Source: an uncultured delta proteobacterium (lineage in GTDB: Bacteria > Desulfobacterota > Desulfobaccia > Desulfobaccales > 0-14-0-80-60-11). From it: 64,000 bases of DNA. The stretch lies in assembly GCA_963812015.1 (NCBI GenBank), contig CAWETI010000002.1:800001-864000 (forward strand), given 5' to 3'. The notes beneath the pieces are model-generated. The model was not told where the DNA came from, searched no databases, and saw only the letters and a list, made by a program, of their open reading frames with translations. Positions 8,404-18,800 of this stretch are shown here, piece after piece (positions within the stretch are counted from its first letter, which is position 1; each line of letters starts with the position of its first letter). The position numbers and the translations under genes are program-made.

Positions 8404-8715
8404 ATGAAACAACATCAGGATTATCCCGGCAGACGAGACTTTATTAAAACTGCGGCCATGACGGTGGTCGGGGCGGCGTTGCCCTTGAACCTGGCCCAGG
8501 CGCAGAAGTTTGCCGTGGATCATTTGCAGGTCTGGTCCTGCGGGGGCCTGGCCGAAGCCATGATGCCCGCCAATCAACTCTATGAGCAGAAAACCGGGGT
8601 CAAAATCAGTTATACGGGGGCCTTTGCCGCGGCCTTGGGGAAGTCCCTCCTGGGCAGCGCCCAGACCGAGGGGCCGCGACCACATTTCCGCCATGGAAGT
8701 GGGGGGGTGGTTTGA
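8404..8715 (+). pseudogene. Truncated Tat-exported substrate-binding protein (ModA/WtpA-like fold, SCGG motif)
   Basis: GRRDFIKT Tat signal; LQVWSCGGLAEAM...YEQKTGVKISYTG resembles a ModA-type N-terminus; resemblance ends near 8670 and the ORF is far too short for a full SBP. Confidence 0.6.
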
Positions 8716-8815
8716 AGGTGCAATTTATTTTATTGTGGGGTGCGGCAGGCGGCGTAATTCGCCATCGGCCATATCCCTGGCGTGGTTAATTTTTCATTGC
8801 GTCCAACCTGGCAAG

Positions 8816-8965
8816 GTGGTCTTTTAATGAGCTGGCCTTGCCTGAGTCCGGAGCGACTCCGCAGCCCGGGTGGCTGTCAAGCTTGGCTATCAGAACGTTT
8901 ACCGTGATCCCCACGGCTTTCCGGAATGGCAGAAAAGAGGGTTGCCGGAGGCCAAAGGCTCCTGA
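8816..8965 (+). pseudogene. C-terminal remnant of a rhodanese-domain selenoprotein with a UxxxxU motif
   Basis: Frame reads VVF*-U-AGLA-U-VRSDSAARVAVKLGYQNVYRDPHGFPEWQKRGLP; TGA codons at 8828 and 8843 occupy the CxxxxC positions of the neighbouring rhodanese (IYCNGPYC); TAA at 8825 sits where Tyr is expected. Confidence 0.75.
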
Positions 8966-8999
8966 TCACAAGGGGAGAAAATGCTGAGGAGGAATAACG

Positions 9000-9752
9000 A
9001 TGTTCGGATATCGGAGAAAATTCAATTGGACCATGGCAGCAGTATTATTATTTCTACTTTGTCTGCTTGTGCCTGCACCAGCGCCGGCGCAAATGCCACA
9101 GACAGTTGCGCCGAAGGAACCTGCCGGGGTCGGCGTAGAGATTTCCACGGAGGAATTGAAGCAGATTCTGGCCAACAAATCCGAACCCGTGGTTGACGTG
9201 CGCACATCCAAAGAGTATGCCATCGCCCATATCCCCGGCAGCATCCATATCTATGAAAAGGATATGGATAAACTGATGCAGCTCCTCCCCGACAAGAAGG
9301 CGGGCATGGTAATTTACTGCAATGGGCCGTATTGCCACAAAGTCAAGCGAGTGGCCGAACAACTGTTCACGAAGGGCTACACTAACATCAAACGCTACCA
9401 GATGGGCATGCCGGTTTGGAGGGCGTACGGCAATTCCGTGCAGACGGATATGGCAGGTTGTAAATACATCTTTCCAAAGGACAAAACCGCCGTATGGGTT
9501 GATGCCCGCCCCAAGGAGGAATTCGCCAAAGGGACTGTCCCCGGGGCGGTGAACGTCCAGGCGGGAGAGGTTAAGGTGGCGAATGAAGATGGGCGTCTGC
9601 CTTACACCGACAAGGGGACGCGGATCGTGGTCTTTGCCGACAATCCGGAGATGGCCCGGAAAGTCGCGGAGGAGATCGCCCACACGGCTTTCTGGAACTG
9701 CAGCTACTTCGGGGGCCCATTCGCAGACCTGAGGCAGGCCGGCCTGTGGTAA
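9000..9752 (+). CDS. Exported tandem rhodanese-domain protein (sulfur/selenium transferase-like)
   Basis: Signal peptide; VVDVR...EYAIAHIPGS, active-site loop IYCNGPYC, GYTNIKRYQMGMPVW; second degenerate domain WVDARP...GTVPGAVN. Confidence 0.88.
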   Translation: MFGYRRKFNWTMAAVLLFLLCLLVPAPAPAQMPQTVAPKEPAGVGVEISTEELKQILANKSEPVVDVRTSKEYAIAHIPGSIHIYEKDMDKLMQLLPDKKAGMVIYCNGPYCHKVKRVAEQLFTKGYTNIKRYQMGMPVWRAYGNSVQTDMAGCKYIFPKDKTAVWVDARPKEEFAKGTVPGAVNVQAGEVKVANEDGRLPYTDKGTRIVVFADNPEMARKVAEEIAHTAFWNCSYFGGPFADLRQAGLW

Positions 9753-10782
9753 AGGGACGTACAACGCACTCCCCACGCAGCCGACATGGCGCTATCTATC
9801 CCATCATTCCAGGGAGGCAGCCGTATCGATGTTTTTAATATTCGTTTTAAATCCATGCTCGATAGACACAATTCAGAATGCGATTGGCCCGGTCTGCCTG
9901 AAGGTTTATGCTTTCCGCCTCCTTGAAGCAATTTCTTGATTTTTCGGGCTGGGCCATTCCGCACCCAATATTGCCTTATACCGAAACTAATCTGATTTTT
10001 ATTTCTGACAGAGTCGACATTTTGCCTACAAGCTACAGTGTCGATCACTGCTATATTTCCGCACTTCTCCTCCCGGCATTTGGCTTGCTGATATGCTCAC
10101 CATATATTGACCTCTGACCCAACCTCGCTCTCTATCTCCCTCAACCTAATAACCCATGGGTCGAAGCGTTTAGGGGCTCCAGAAGCATGTACACGCTTTT
10201 TAGGGGCATTTTAAGAGGCAGGATGTTTGTCTTCTATAGATCCCAGGGCCAGCTAAATTTTGCGCTTGAAAATTATGGGGTGGGTCCCTTGAGCAGGGGG
10301 GATTGGCGCCATCCCGATCCGGTCTGGAGCCAAGTTTTTTGATGTCGTGATGAGATCATCATGGGCCCCCGGGGAGGTCTCCCCTCATCACCAGGTTTCA
10401 GAGTACCAACAGCTCCATGGGGTGTCTGAAAGTCGGCCACCAATTCCCCCCCAAAAAAGATTTTTGGGTTTGAAATTTCTGGGAGGTGGGGGTATAGGGG
10501 GGGGTCTTTTTCTCACAGCCACCCCCAATTATCACGAAAAACATTTTTGGGGATTTTGTCCGTGCCACCCTTTAGAAGACAATGGGGGCTATGGGACCCA
10601 ATCCCGGGGTTTGCCTCTCGAGGCAGAAAATCCTCCAGAATGGCTGCGGCGCCGGGTGAGGGGAACCGCACCGAGCAGTTTGTGCATGGTGCACGCCGGG
10701 GGGCGGGCAAGGTTATGGTACCCCATTTGGTACCCATGAACAATAATGGGGTTAGCCTTATTAGTTAACCCCTTGTTTTCCT

Positions 10783-10827
10783 TGGAGCCGGCACGGGGGG
10801 TCGAACCCCGGGCCTGCTGATTACGAA
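10783..10827 (-). tRNA. 3' half of tRNA-Thr(CGT); duplicated att-site fragment, not a complete tRNA
   Basis: Minus strand TTCGTAA-TCAGC-AGGCC-CGGGG-TTCGACC-CCCCG-TGCCGGC-T-CCA; no D-arm or 5' acceptor strand upstream. Confidence 0.85.
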
Positions 10828-10972
10828 ACGGGAGAAGGCAAAATCAGGATAAGCAAAAAAGACAGTAACTTATCAAATTTACTCTGAAAGTTGGTGTATA
10901 ACCAATATAAAGGAAAACACCATTTAGGGAGACTATCAATGGATACATGGTAAATATTTGGTAAACGATTTT

Positions 10973-11006
10973 AGCCCCGGTGCTCGCCTAAACCGGGGCT
11001 TTTTTT
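10973..11006 (+). terminator. Intrinsic terminator
   Basis: AGCCCCGGT/ACCGGGGCT stem followed by a T-run. Confidence 0.6.
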
Positions 11007-11097
11007 ATAAGGGGCCGCTGCTTTCGCTATTCATTTAATATCGCAAGATTCTGGAAGCTGCGGATAATGGCAAGTTATATTGCAATGCCACTATGCC

Positions 11098-11129
11098 AAA
11101 AAAAGGCAGGGCCACCACGGGCCCTGCCT
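11098..11129 (-). terminator. Intrinsic terminator
   Basis: AGGCAGGGCC/GGCCCTGCCT stem preceded by an A-run on + (U-tract on minus). Confidence 0.6.
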
Positions 11130-11529
11130 GGAGTATATGCGGGCGAAGAGTTAGTCTAAATCAGGCTTATTTTTCGGAATCTCAGCAGTCCCAAACCCAG
11201 CAGTCATTTAAACAATCATTAACAAGCCGGGGAAGACCTGGTGATCAAGAAAAGGAGCAGATTATGCGGCATAGAATTATCATCAGTCTATAAGAGGGCA
11301 AAAATGATGACGCACAGGGAAAACGGGGTGGCAGCTTCGGCGTTGGTTAAATAGACCCAACCTTCATTCAACTGGGGCGACAAAGGCCCTCGAATCTTTG
11401 GCCAATCGTGCTGGTATTTCAACAGATACGGCGAGCGTTGAAAGATGCTAAGCCCTGGAGCGTGTCTTTCTGCTCGTCGGTTACCCCACATTTTCACTTT
11501 GGCCCTTTGGGGACAAAGATAGCACCAGG

Positions 11530-11688
11530 TTAAAGTTTTTTTCTGCCTGCCAAATTAATCGCCCCTCTATGGCAATTTCCTCTGGCCACCTGAGACCCGC
11601 CATTAGACTTATCAGTTAATTTGGCGGCAAGAATCATCCCTGCAATAAATATTACAATGCTACCAAGGCCCAATAAGGTCCACATCAT
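11530..11688 (-). CDS. Small single-pass membrane protein (52 aa), absent from the ORF track
   Basis: MMWTLLGLGSIVIFIAGMILAAKLTDK...RKKL; SD GGGAG; sigma54 promoter upstream. Confidence 0.55.
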   Translation of the reverse strand: MMWTLLGLGSIVIFIAGMILAAKLTDKSNGGSQVARGNCHRGAINLAGRKKL

Positions 11689-11742
11689 ATTCTCCCTATT
11701 CTCAGGTCAACGTTTCCTGTCCATTATTTTTTATGGGATAGA

Positions 11743-11758
11743 AGCAATGACTATGCCA
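11743..11758 (-). promoter_or_regulatory. Sigma54 (-24/-12) promoter
   Basis: TGGCAT-AGTCA-TTGCT matches TGGCA(C/T)-N5-TTGC(A/T); AT-rich tract upstream as expected for IHF/bEBP sites. Confidence 0.7.
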
Positions 11759-12467
11759 GAGCAGGGAGTGATCAGGTTAACTATTGATAATTATTAACTT
11801 ATAATCTTAAAAGGGGCATTCCTGGTCTGTAGTGAACCACCCAAGCGACCTTAGATTTAGCAAATAAGTTCAATTGGCATGTCTTTAATGTACGATTATG
11901 TATGGTGATCTATGGCCTTAATTACAAATAAGTCACAAAACTATTCACCGCTTCTCCTTGATCAATGCCGTTAACTGGTCAGGACTGTCCCCCCTTGAAC
12001 CTAGTGCTATCCGGTAGACAACGCTTGGATTTAAAATAAAAAGCCCTGGGTATTGGCAGAGTTGATCAGAAAAATATTTAGTTACTGCTATGACTGGGAA
12101 CTTATCAAGCCTCCAAAAACTTTCCATATCCAGAGGATATCCATCCTTCTTGACCTGGAAAAACTCCATATGTTCCCGCCGGTAATCTGGGGTTCCCTTA
12201 TCACCGACGGCTGAAATCTTCCTCCCCACAAGTGCCCGCACAAGATAAGGAGTTCATATCCGCAATTTTTCATGCCTCGTCGATAAGTGCCGAGTTTGGC
12301 AAGATATCTGCAATTTTTGCTTCCCATTCCGGGGGGGAAATTTTATGGTAACGCACGCCCTGGGAATAATCTTTTTAATCCTATAAGGATAAGGGCAAGA
12401 GGGGGGCACGGCTCGGTGCCCAGCGGAGCAGAAGACATTTAGCTGCACCTATCCAGTGGATCAGTCA

Positions 12468-13981
12468 ATGCGGGTTCTCTTAATTAACAGCAATCTGAAG
12501 GATGATATATTAGCAGCCCCCCTATCGGCCTGTGCTATGTGGCCAGCGCAGCTGCGGAGGCCGGTCATGAAGTGCTGGTCTTAGATCTCTGCTTTAAGCG
12601 GCGGATCAGACAGGAACTGAAAAGAGCCATCATCGGCTTCTCGCCGCAGATAATCGGCGTTTCATTGAGGAATCTTGACAACGCCAACATGCTCCGTCCA
12701 GTTGTTTACCTCCCATCGGCGCTTGAGATTGTTCAGGTGATTCGAGAATTAACCGCCGCTCCCTTAGTGCTGGGAGGCTCGGGAGCCAGTCTTGATCCCC
12801 AAGGGGTCTTGGAATTTCTGCACGGGGATTACATTATCGTTTCAGATGGGGAGAAGAGTTTTGTGGAACTTCTTAAAGCCCTGAGCCGGGATGAATCTCC
12901 TGCCGATATACCGGGAGTGGGAATGTGGTATCAGGGTAAGTTCCATGTAACTCCGCCCCAATTAACCTGCTTCCCCTTGGGAAATCCACGCCTCGGGAGA
13001 TGGGTTGACCTCACTCCCTATGAAAAGATGGGGAGTAGTTATACAGTTCAGACCAAGAGGGGCTGCAGGATGCGGTGCATCTATTGCACCTATAATCAAG
13101 TGCTGGAAGGAAACCGTCTCCGGTTACGTTCTCCGGTGGAGGTGGTGGATGAGATAGAGGAGGCGTTTTATAAATTTAAGCCGGAAACCTTTGAATTCGT
13201 GGACTCAGTCTTTAATGACCCTTTGGGCCATTGCCAGGAAATTTTAGAAGAAATCGTCCGGCGCCCCTGGAAAGCCCGTTTTACCACCATGGGGGTAAGC
13301 CCCAAGCATCTGGATACCCAACTGCTTCACCTCATGCAGCGGGCTGGGTTCAGTTCTTTTATGATCACACCCGAATCGGCCTCCGAGGCCATGCTCACCA
13401 ATTATCAGAAGGGCTTCGGTATAGAGGATTTGCATAGGGCTGCCGAGGCCATTAACAAGTTTTCTTTTCCCGTGTTCTGGTATTTTCTCGTCGGCGGCCC
13501 GGGCGAGACCACTCGCACCCTTCAGGAAACCCTGGAATTCATTGGGCGCCATTTGATCCGGAAGGAAAGTCCTCCTTATAACCTGGCCCATATCTTTTTA
13601 GGGGTGAGAATCTATCCAGGCACCAAGCTCTGGCGTATAGCCCTGGAGGAGGGCTTTATCCACGATCGAAGCGACCCACTCAGGCCTCTCTGGTATCTGT
13701 CCCGGGAACTTGACCTGGATGTGACGATGCGTCAATTGTATGAGGCCGCCTGCCGCTGGCCCGAGATTGCCTTGGGGGATGTGGAAAAGTTTTTCCCGCT
13801 CACAAAGATATTGGGGGTCAGCGGGAAAGTCTTCTCCTTACCCAAGCCCTACTGGCAACATTTACCCTCGGTCAATCGCATTCTCATCAAGTTAGGTCTA
13901 CTCTCCCTGTTCCAGCCCACTGGCATTCCAGCCCGGCTGCGTGAGTCCTTGGCACTCCAAAGGCTGCCCTTTAAGCAATAG
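12468..13981 (+). CDS. B12-binding radical SAM enzyme (lipid-modification type); one base missing in C-run 12517-12522
   Basis: MRVLLINSN...AAP joins (P)IGLCYVASA of ORF 12539 if one C is added; B12-binding domain (GVSLRNLDN, VLGGSG), CRMRCIYC, FVDSVFN, GGPGET, GVRIYPGT. Confidence 0.85.
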
Positions 13982-14071
13982 GCCGGCCTCGCCGCCTGCA
14001 GCAGATAAGGAGTAGACATTCATCATAGGAGTGTCAGATATCAGGAAAGGCCGAATACAGAACAACCGAGT

Positions 14072-15049
14072 CTATAGCCACCCCATCTTCTTATACCAGG
14101 CAGCGGTGGTGGCCAAGCCGGTCAACAGGTCGATAGCCGGTTGGAAGCCGATTTCGGCCTTGGCCCTTTCATTACTGCACAGCCAGTTGGACTGCCGAAT
14201 ATCGCGCAGCTTGTCCAGACTCAGCAAGGTGGGTATGCGGGTGAACTGGGAGGCCAGGGAGCCCCCGAGAGCCACCAAGCGCATCACACCCCAGGGGACG
14301 CGAAGGGTCCCGAACCGCTGCTCCAGCGCCCGGCCCAGATATTCGCCTACCGTCTGCCAGTCGTAGTGCCCTTCGCCGCAGATATAATACACCCGCCCAG
14401 GGGCCTGCTCCGACCGCATGGCCAGCAAGATCCCCGTCACCAGATCGTGCACATGCACCAGGCTTACCTTTTGGGCGCTCAGGCCCGGAATGACGTGGAG
14501 GCCCCGGCGCACACTCTTGAAAAGCATAAAGGTGCCCCGGTCCCGAGGGCCATAGACTGCGGGCGGGCGGATGACGATGGCGGGGCGCGTCCGGCCGAAT
14601 TCCAGGACGGCCCTCTCGGCCGCCAGCTTGGATTCACCGTAAGCCGATACGGGATGCGGTTCTAGGTCTTCGGTCAGTGGGTAGCCGGGACTGGGACCGG
14701 CCGCGGCCAGGCTGGAAACGAACAGCACTTTCTGATCCTCAGGCCCATACTCCTGACAGGCCTGGAGCAGATTGCAGGTTGCCTCCAGATTCCCGCGGAA
14801 GTATCCAGTTCGCCGGGCCGCCCGGGTAGCCCCGGCCACGTGGAACACCACGTCCACGTCCACCACGGCTGGGGCCAAAGAGGCGGGGGCATGGAAATCG
14901 CCGGAGACCAGAGTTAGGTGTTGGCTGCTGAGCCAGGTGAGGTTGCTGTGGGGACGAACCAGGCACTTGACCTGCGCCCCTTCGGCCAGCAACCGGTCCA
15001 CCAGGTTGCTGCCGATGAAGCCGCTGGCCCCTGTTACCAAAGCACGCAT
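14072..15049 (-). CDS. NAD(P)-dependent extended SDR (epimerase/dehydratase; ceramide-reductase-like)
   Basis: TGASGFIG, VSSLAAAGP, YGESK, RPPAVYGPRD. Confidence 0.88.
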   Translation of the reverse strand: MRALVTGASGFIGSNLVDRLLAEGAQVKCLVRPHSNLTWLSSQHLTLVSGDFHAPASLAPAVVDVDVVFHVAGATRAARRTGYFRGNLEATCNLLQACQEYGPEDQKVLFVSSLAAAGPSPGYPLTEDLEPHPVSAYGESKLAAERAVLEFGRTRPAIVIRPPAVYGPRDRGTFMLFKSVRRGLHVIPGLSAQKVSLVHVHDLVTGILLAMRSEQAPGRVYYICGEGHYDWQTVGEYLGRALEQRFGTLRVPWGVMRLVALGGSLASQFTRIPTLLSLDKLRDIRQSNWLCSNERAKAEIGFQPAIDLLTGLATTAAWYKKMGWL

Positions 15050-15081
15050 GAGAAAATCCTATCGAAGGGGAGGCTGGCCGC

Positions 15082-15816
15082 TCACCGGCCCCAGGCCACT
15101 GAAAGCCAGGCTTCTTTTAGGCGGACCGAGACCGCCGGACAGGTTTCTCGGCCCCCCGGAAAAGTCCCGTCCGGGTCTGGATTTCCCAGGCATCCGTGCC
15201 AGAGATAGCCGTGCTCTCCTGGGCCGGCAAATTGGACCTCCACCTGCCGGGGGCTCAGAAAGTGAAAACCACAGCCCCAAGCCTTCACCACCGCCTCTTT
15301 AACCGACCACAATAGGGCTGCGGCCTCTTCCCGGTTCCCCGCGGTCAGGGTAACCGCTGCCTGCCACTCCGATTCCATGAAGACCCGCTGGTGCGGATAG
15401 GACCCGGCGAATTCCCCGGGGGCGGCTGCATCCAATCCGAGACCCCTCTCAGACCTGCCTACAGCCGCCCACAGCCGTCCGGCGCTCCAACTAAAGGAAA
15501 GGGCCGGGCCGACGACAGCGGCGTCCAGCCAAATCTGGGGCTTGCCCAGGGGGTCCCGCCTCAGGGTCAAGTCCGGCAGCTTCCGCTCCAGCAAGTGCTG
15601 CGCCAGAAAGCGGGCCAGGGACTCCTTTGCCGCCTGCCGGTGACAGCGGCCTTCCCATCCCGGCGCGCAGGAGCGCAAAGCCGCGGGCGTTGAAGCCACC
15701 AGGGCCGGTTCGCCCCGGGGAGAAAAAAATACCGGCGCCACCAGCGTGGGTCTTTGGTTTGGACCGGCACTGAGGCCTCCGGCCTGGGCCGGGATTCTGT
15801 TCTGAAGCGGTCTCAT
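15082..15816 (-). CDS. 4'-phosphopantetheinyl transferase (Sfp-type)
   Basis: DPLGKP, LSFS, GLGLD, WSVKEAVVKA; ATG at 15816 overlaps the PKS stop (ATGA). Confidence 0.82.
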   Translation of the reverse strand: MRPLQNRIPAQAGGLSAGPNQRPTLVAPVFFSPRGEPALVASTPAALRSCAPGWEGRCHRQAAKESLARFLAQHLLERKLPDLTLRRDPLGKPQIWLDAAVVGPALSFSWSAGRLWAAVGRSERGLGLDAAAPGEFAGSYPHQRVFMESEWQAAVTLTAGNREEAAALLWSVKEAVVKAWGCGFHFLSPRQVEVQFAGPGEHGYLWHGCLGNPDPDGTFPGGRETCPAVSVRLKEAWLSVAWGR

Positions 15817-18800
15817 TCCGAAAAGGAGTGCAGCCTGAGCCCCCGCACCTTCATGAGGGGCTGGCCGTCGGCGTCCAGGGCCTGGGCATCCCAGGTAAAT
15901 CCATTGGAGTCCTCGTCCTGCAAGCGGGCCTCCAGGATCACCCGCTCTTGATTCCGGCAACGGCGGGTGAAGGACATGGCCTCGATACGCACCGGGATGA
16001 AGGTGCGCTCATCCTCCTCATTCCGCATGACAATGTAAAAATTGGTCATCTGCATGAGGGCCTCCATCACGTAAGGGGAATACTGGAGACTGGGAGCCTG
16101 CAGGTGGGAAAAATCCATCTCGGTCCGGTACGCAGCCGCGCCCCGCACTAGGCCCGGCCCGGAGCCGTCCAAATGCTCTATTACCCGATATCTCCCCTGC
16201 ATAGCGGTCCGTTGGTCATACCAACCGATAATTTTCTCCAACTCCTCCGTCCTGGTGTCCAGGTCCTCGAGCTTCAGTGGAAATCCCGGCAGATTGGGCC
16301 AGGCAGGCGGCGCCGCCCCGCTTAAAACCACTTGGGCCCGATAGTTGATGTCCTTCTTGTCCAGCACTTTCCCGGTGGGGGAGAGGAGGGGGGACTCCAT
16401 GGTGAGTTGGCACACCACCTCACCTCCAGGCTCCCGGAGGCGGTGGCAAGTGATGATGGAATTGATCGCTACCTCCGGCGGCACTTCGATGGCCTCCAGA
16501 AACTCCACCTCCCTGACCTCCCTGACCTCCAGGTAAGGGTAAAGCAGGCGGGCGGCCTCCATGAAGGTTTCCAGGGCCATGATGGCGGACACCAAGGGGT
16601 GTTTCAGAAACTTGAAAGGCTTATGGTCGGCGATCCACAGGTCCCGCTCCCGGGAGAACACCCGGGAAGCCTGCAGCACGCCCGCCTGGAGATCCAGATA
16701 GGAGATGGCGTCAATTAGGGGGAATTGTTCCGGCGCAAAGACCATGGCGCCGTCCTGGAGGCCCGGTGGGGCTGGTTTCGGGTCGGCGGTATCCAGCCGG
16801 AGATGCTTGATCTCTGGGAGCCGGGACATAAACATGACCCACACGTCCTGGGGACCGGTCAAAAAAAGCTCCCGGCAAAAGAGTTCCTTTAGTTCCTGGG
16901 GTTCCAGATATCCGACCCCCATCTTCTCCAGCAGGCGACGGAGGTCCGGGTTATCGGCCATGCCGCCGCCGCTGATAGGCGGCAGGCTCAGGGCCTTGCA
17001 CAGGATAGCCGGGTGTTGCGCCTTAATCTGACTCAACAGGGCCGACATCATCCGGTTGGCGGCGGTGTAATTGGTCTGGCCGCGGTTCCCCTGGATGGCC
17101 GCAACCGAAGACAGGGCCACCACGAACCGCAACCCGGCTTCGGAAGCGGCGTTGAACAGGTTCCAGGCGCCTTTGAATTTGACATCCAGGACTGCGGCCA
17201 CCTCCTCGGGATTAAGGTGGGCCAGCAGCTTGTCCCGCAACACCCCGGCCCCATGGACCAGGCCATCGATTCGGCCGTAACGCCGGATAATTTCGTTGAC
17301 TGTCTCCTGCACCTGGTCCGGATACGTCACATCACAGGAGAGATAAGCCACCTCCATGCCGGCGGCCCGCAACTCTTCCAGGCTCTGCATAACCTGCCGG
17401 GCCTGAAACAGGCGGGCCAACTCCTGCTGCAGAGCCTCCTGGGAAATATCTGGTCTTTGCTGCATGATCTGCCAGCGCAAGGCCTTTTCCGAGGGTTCCT
17501 CAGCCAGCAGCAGTTTGCTGATTTCTTCGTCCAGGTCGATGGCGGTCCGTCCCAGTAAGACTACCTGGGGATTGAAAGTCGCCAAACATTCCACCAGATG
17601 GGTGGTGATGCCGTAGCCGCCCCCGGAGAACACCAATACGTCACCACGGTTCAATGCCAGCGTGGGTTCGCTCATTCCTTCCACCAGGACCACCCGCCCT
17701 GCGGTGGTCATGACCTGCCCCTGGCGGTACCAGGTATCGATGACCGGCTGCTGCGGGTCCAGCGCCTGGCGCAAGGCCGGCAGCAGTTTGGTCTCCCGGT
17801 CCAGCCGCACCGTGCGGAAGAGCAAGTCGGGGTACTCCAGGGCGGCGCTCAGGAAGAGTCCCAAAAGGCCCTGGGATAACAAGTGTTCCTCTCCGGCCTC
17901 GTCCGGGGAACGATGCAAGGCCAGGGCAAATTTTTTCCGAGACGCGGCCCCCAGGGATTGCAGCAGCGGGAAGCAACCTGCGAGCAAACAGGGCAGGTCA
18001 TCCATTCCCTGGAGCCTGCAGGTGAAGCTATCATCCAGGAGTATTACCAATCCGGCCAGGGAGGGGTCTGCGCTCAGCTTGAGGGCCGCCTGGCGAGCCC
18101 CTTCCGGCTGGCGCAGGTCAAACCCCGTGCCTTCGGGCCCGGCCTCCAGAAAAGCCAGGGACTGGACGGCGCACCCCCACTCCCGGCGGAATAGTTCGCT
18201 GACCTCTTCCAGCCACGCCGAACTGCCGCCGGGGTAAAGGATAGCCACTGTATCCGACGACGTCAGTTCAAGCGGCTGGGGGCTGAAATCGGGCAAAGGC
18301 ACCGGCCCAAAGACCACCCGCTTGAGGGGCTTCACCTGGCCCAAAGGCGCGTCCACGGCTGCTCCGGAGGCTGCCGGGGCCGCCTGGGCCCCGGCCGGCG
18401 GCGTTTCCCTGCCTTCACCTCGGGCCACCACCTCGGAGATGCGGGAAGCCAGCTCCCGGACGGTGCGGACATCCAGAAAGTCCTCCAGTCGAATTTCGAT
18501 GCCAAAACGGCTCTCCGCGGCGTCTATGATCACGGGAAAACGGCTGGAGCGAATGGCCAGGTCGGATCGCAGGTCCATATCCGGCTCAATCTCATCCCTC
18601 TCGTACCCGGTGGCCTCCATGATGAGGCCGATCACCTCTTCGAGATAGTCGGCGCCCGCTTCCGGTAAGGCCCGGGGTGGCGAGGGAGAAGGTTCAACGG
18701 CTGGCAATGGGGCTGCCGCCAGCGTCGTCGCCGGGTTATTGGATGGAACCACCGGGGGGGTCCAAGCAGCCTGCCGTGATTGCAAGAGCTGCTCCAGGTT

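Noticed and set aside
10880..11006. Short region with several GGA motifs ending in a terminator, as a CsrA/Rsm-type sRNA
   Set aside because: Too few GGA motifs and none clearly in hairpin loops; overlaps the putative integrase arm sites
11288..11497. ORF ending in EAATPFSLCVIIFALL, faintly like an Flp pilin
   Set aside because: No G/A-T-x-x-E-Y prepilin motif and no tad genes nearby
11945..12241. 98-aa ORF that may be a gene fragment
   Set aside because: No recognisable family or convincing start signal
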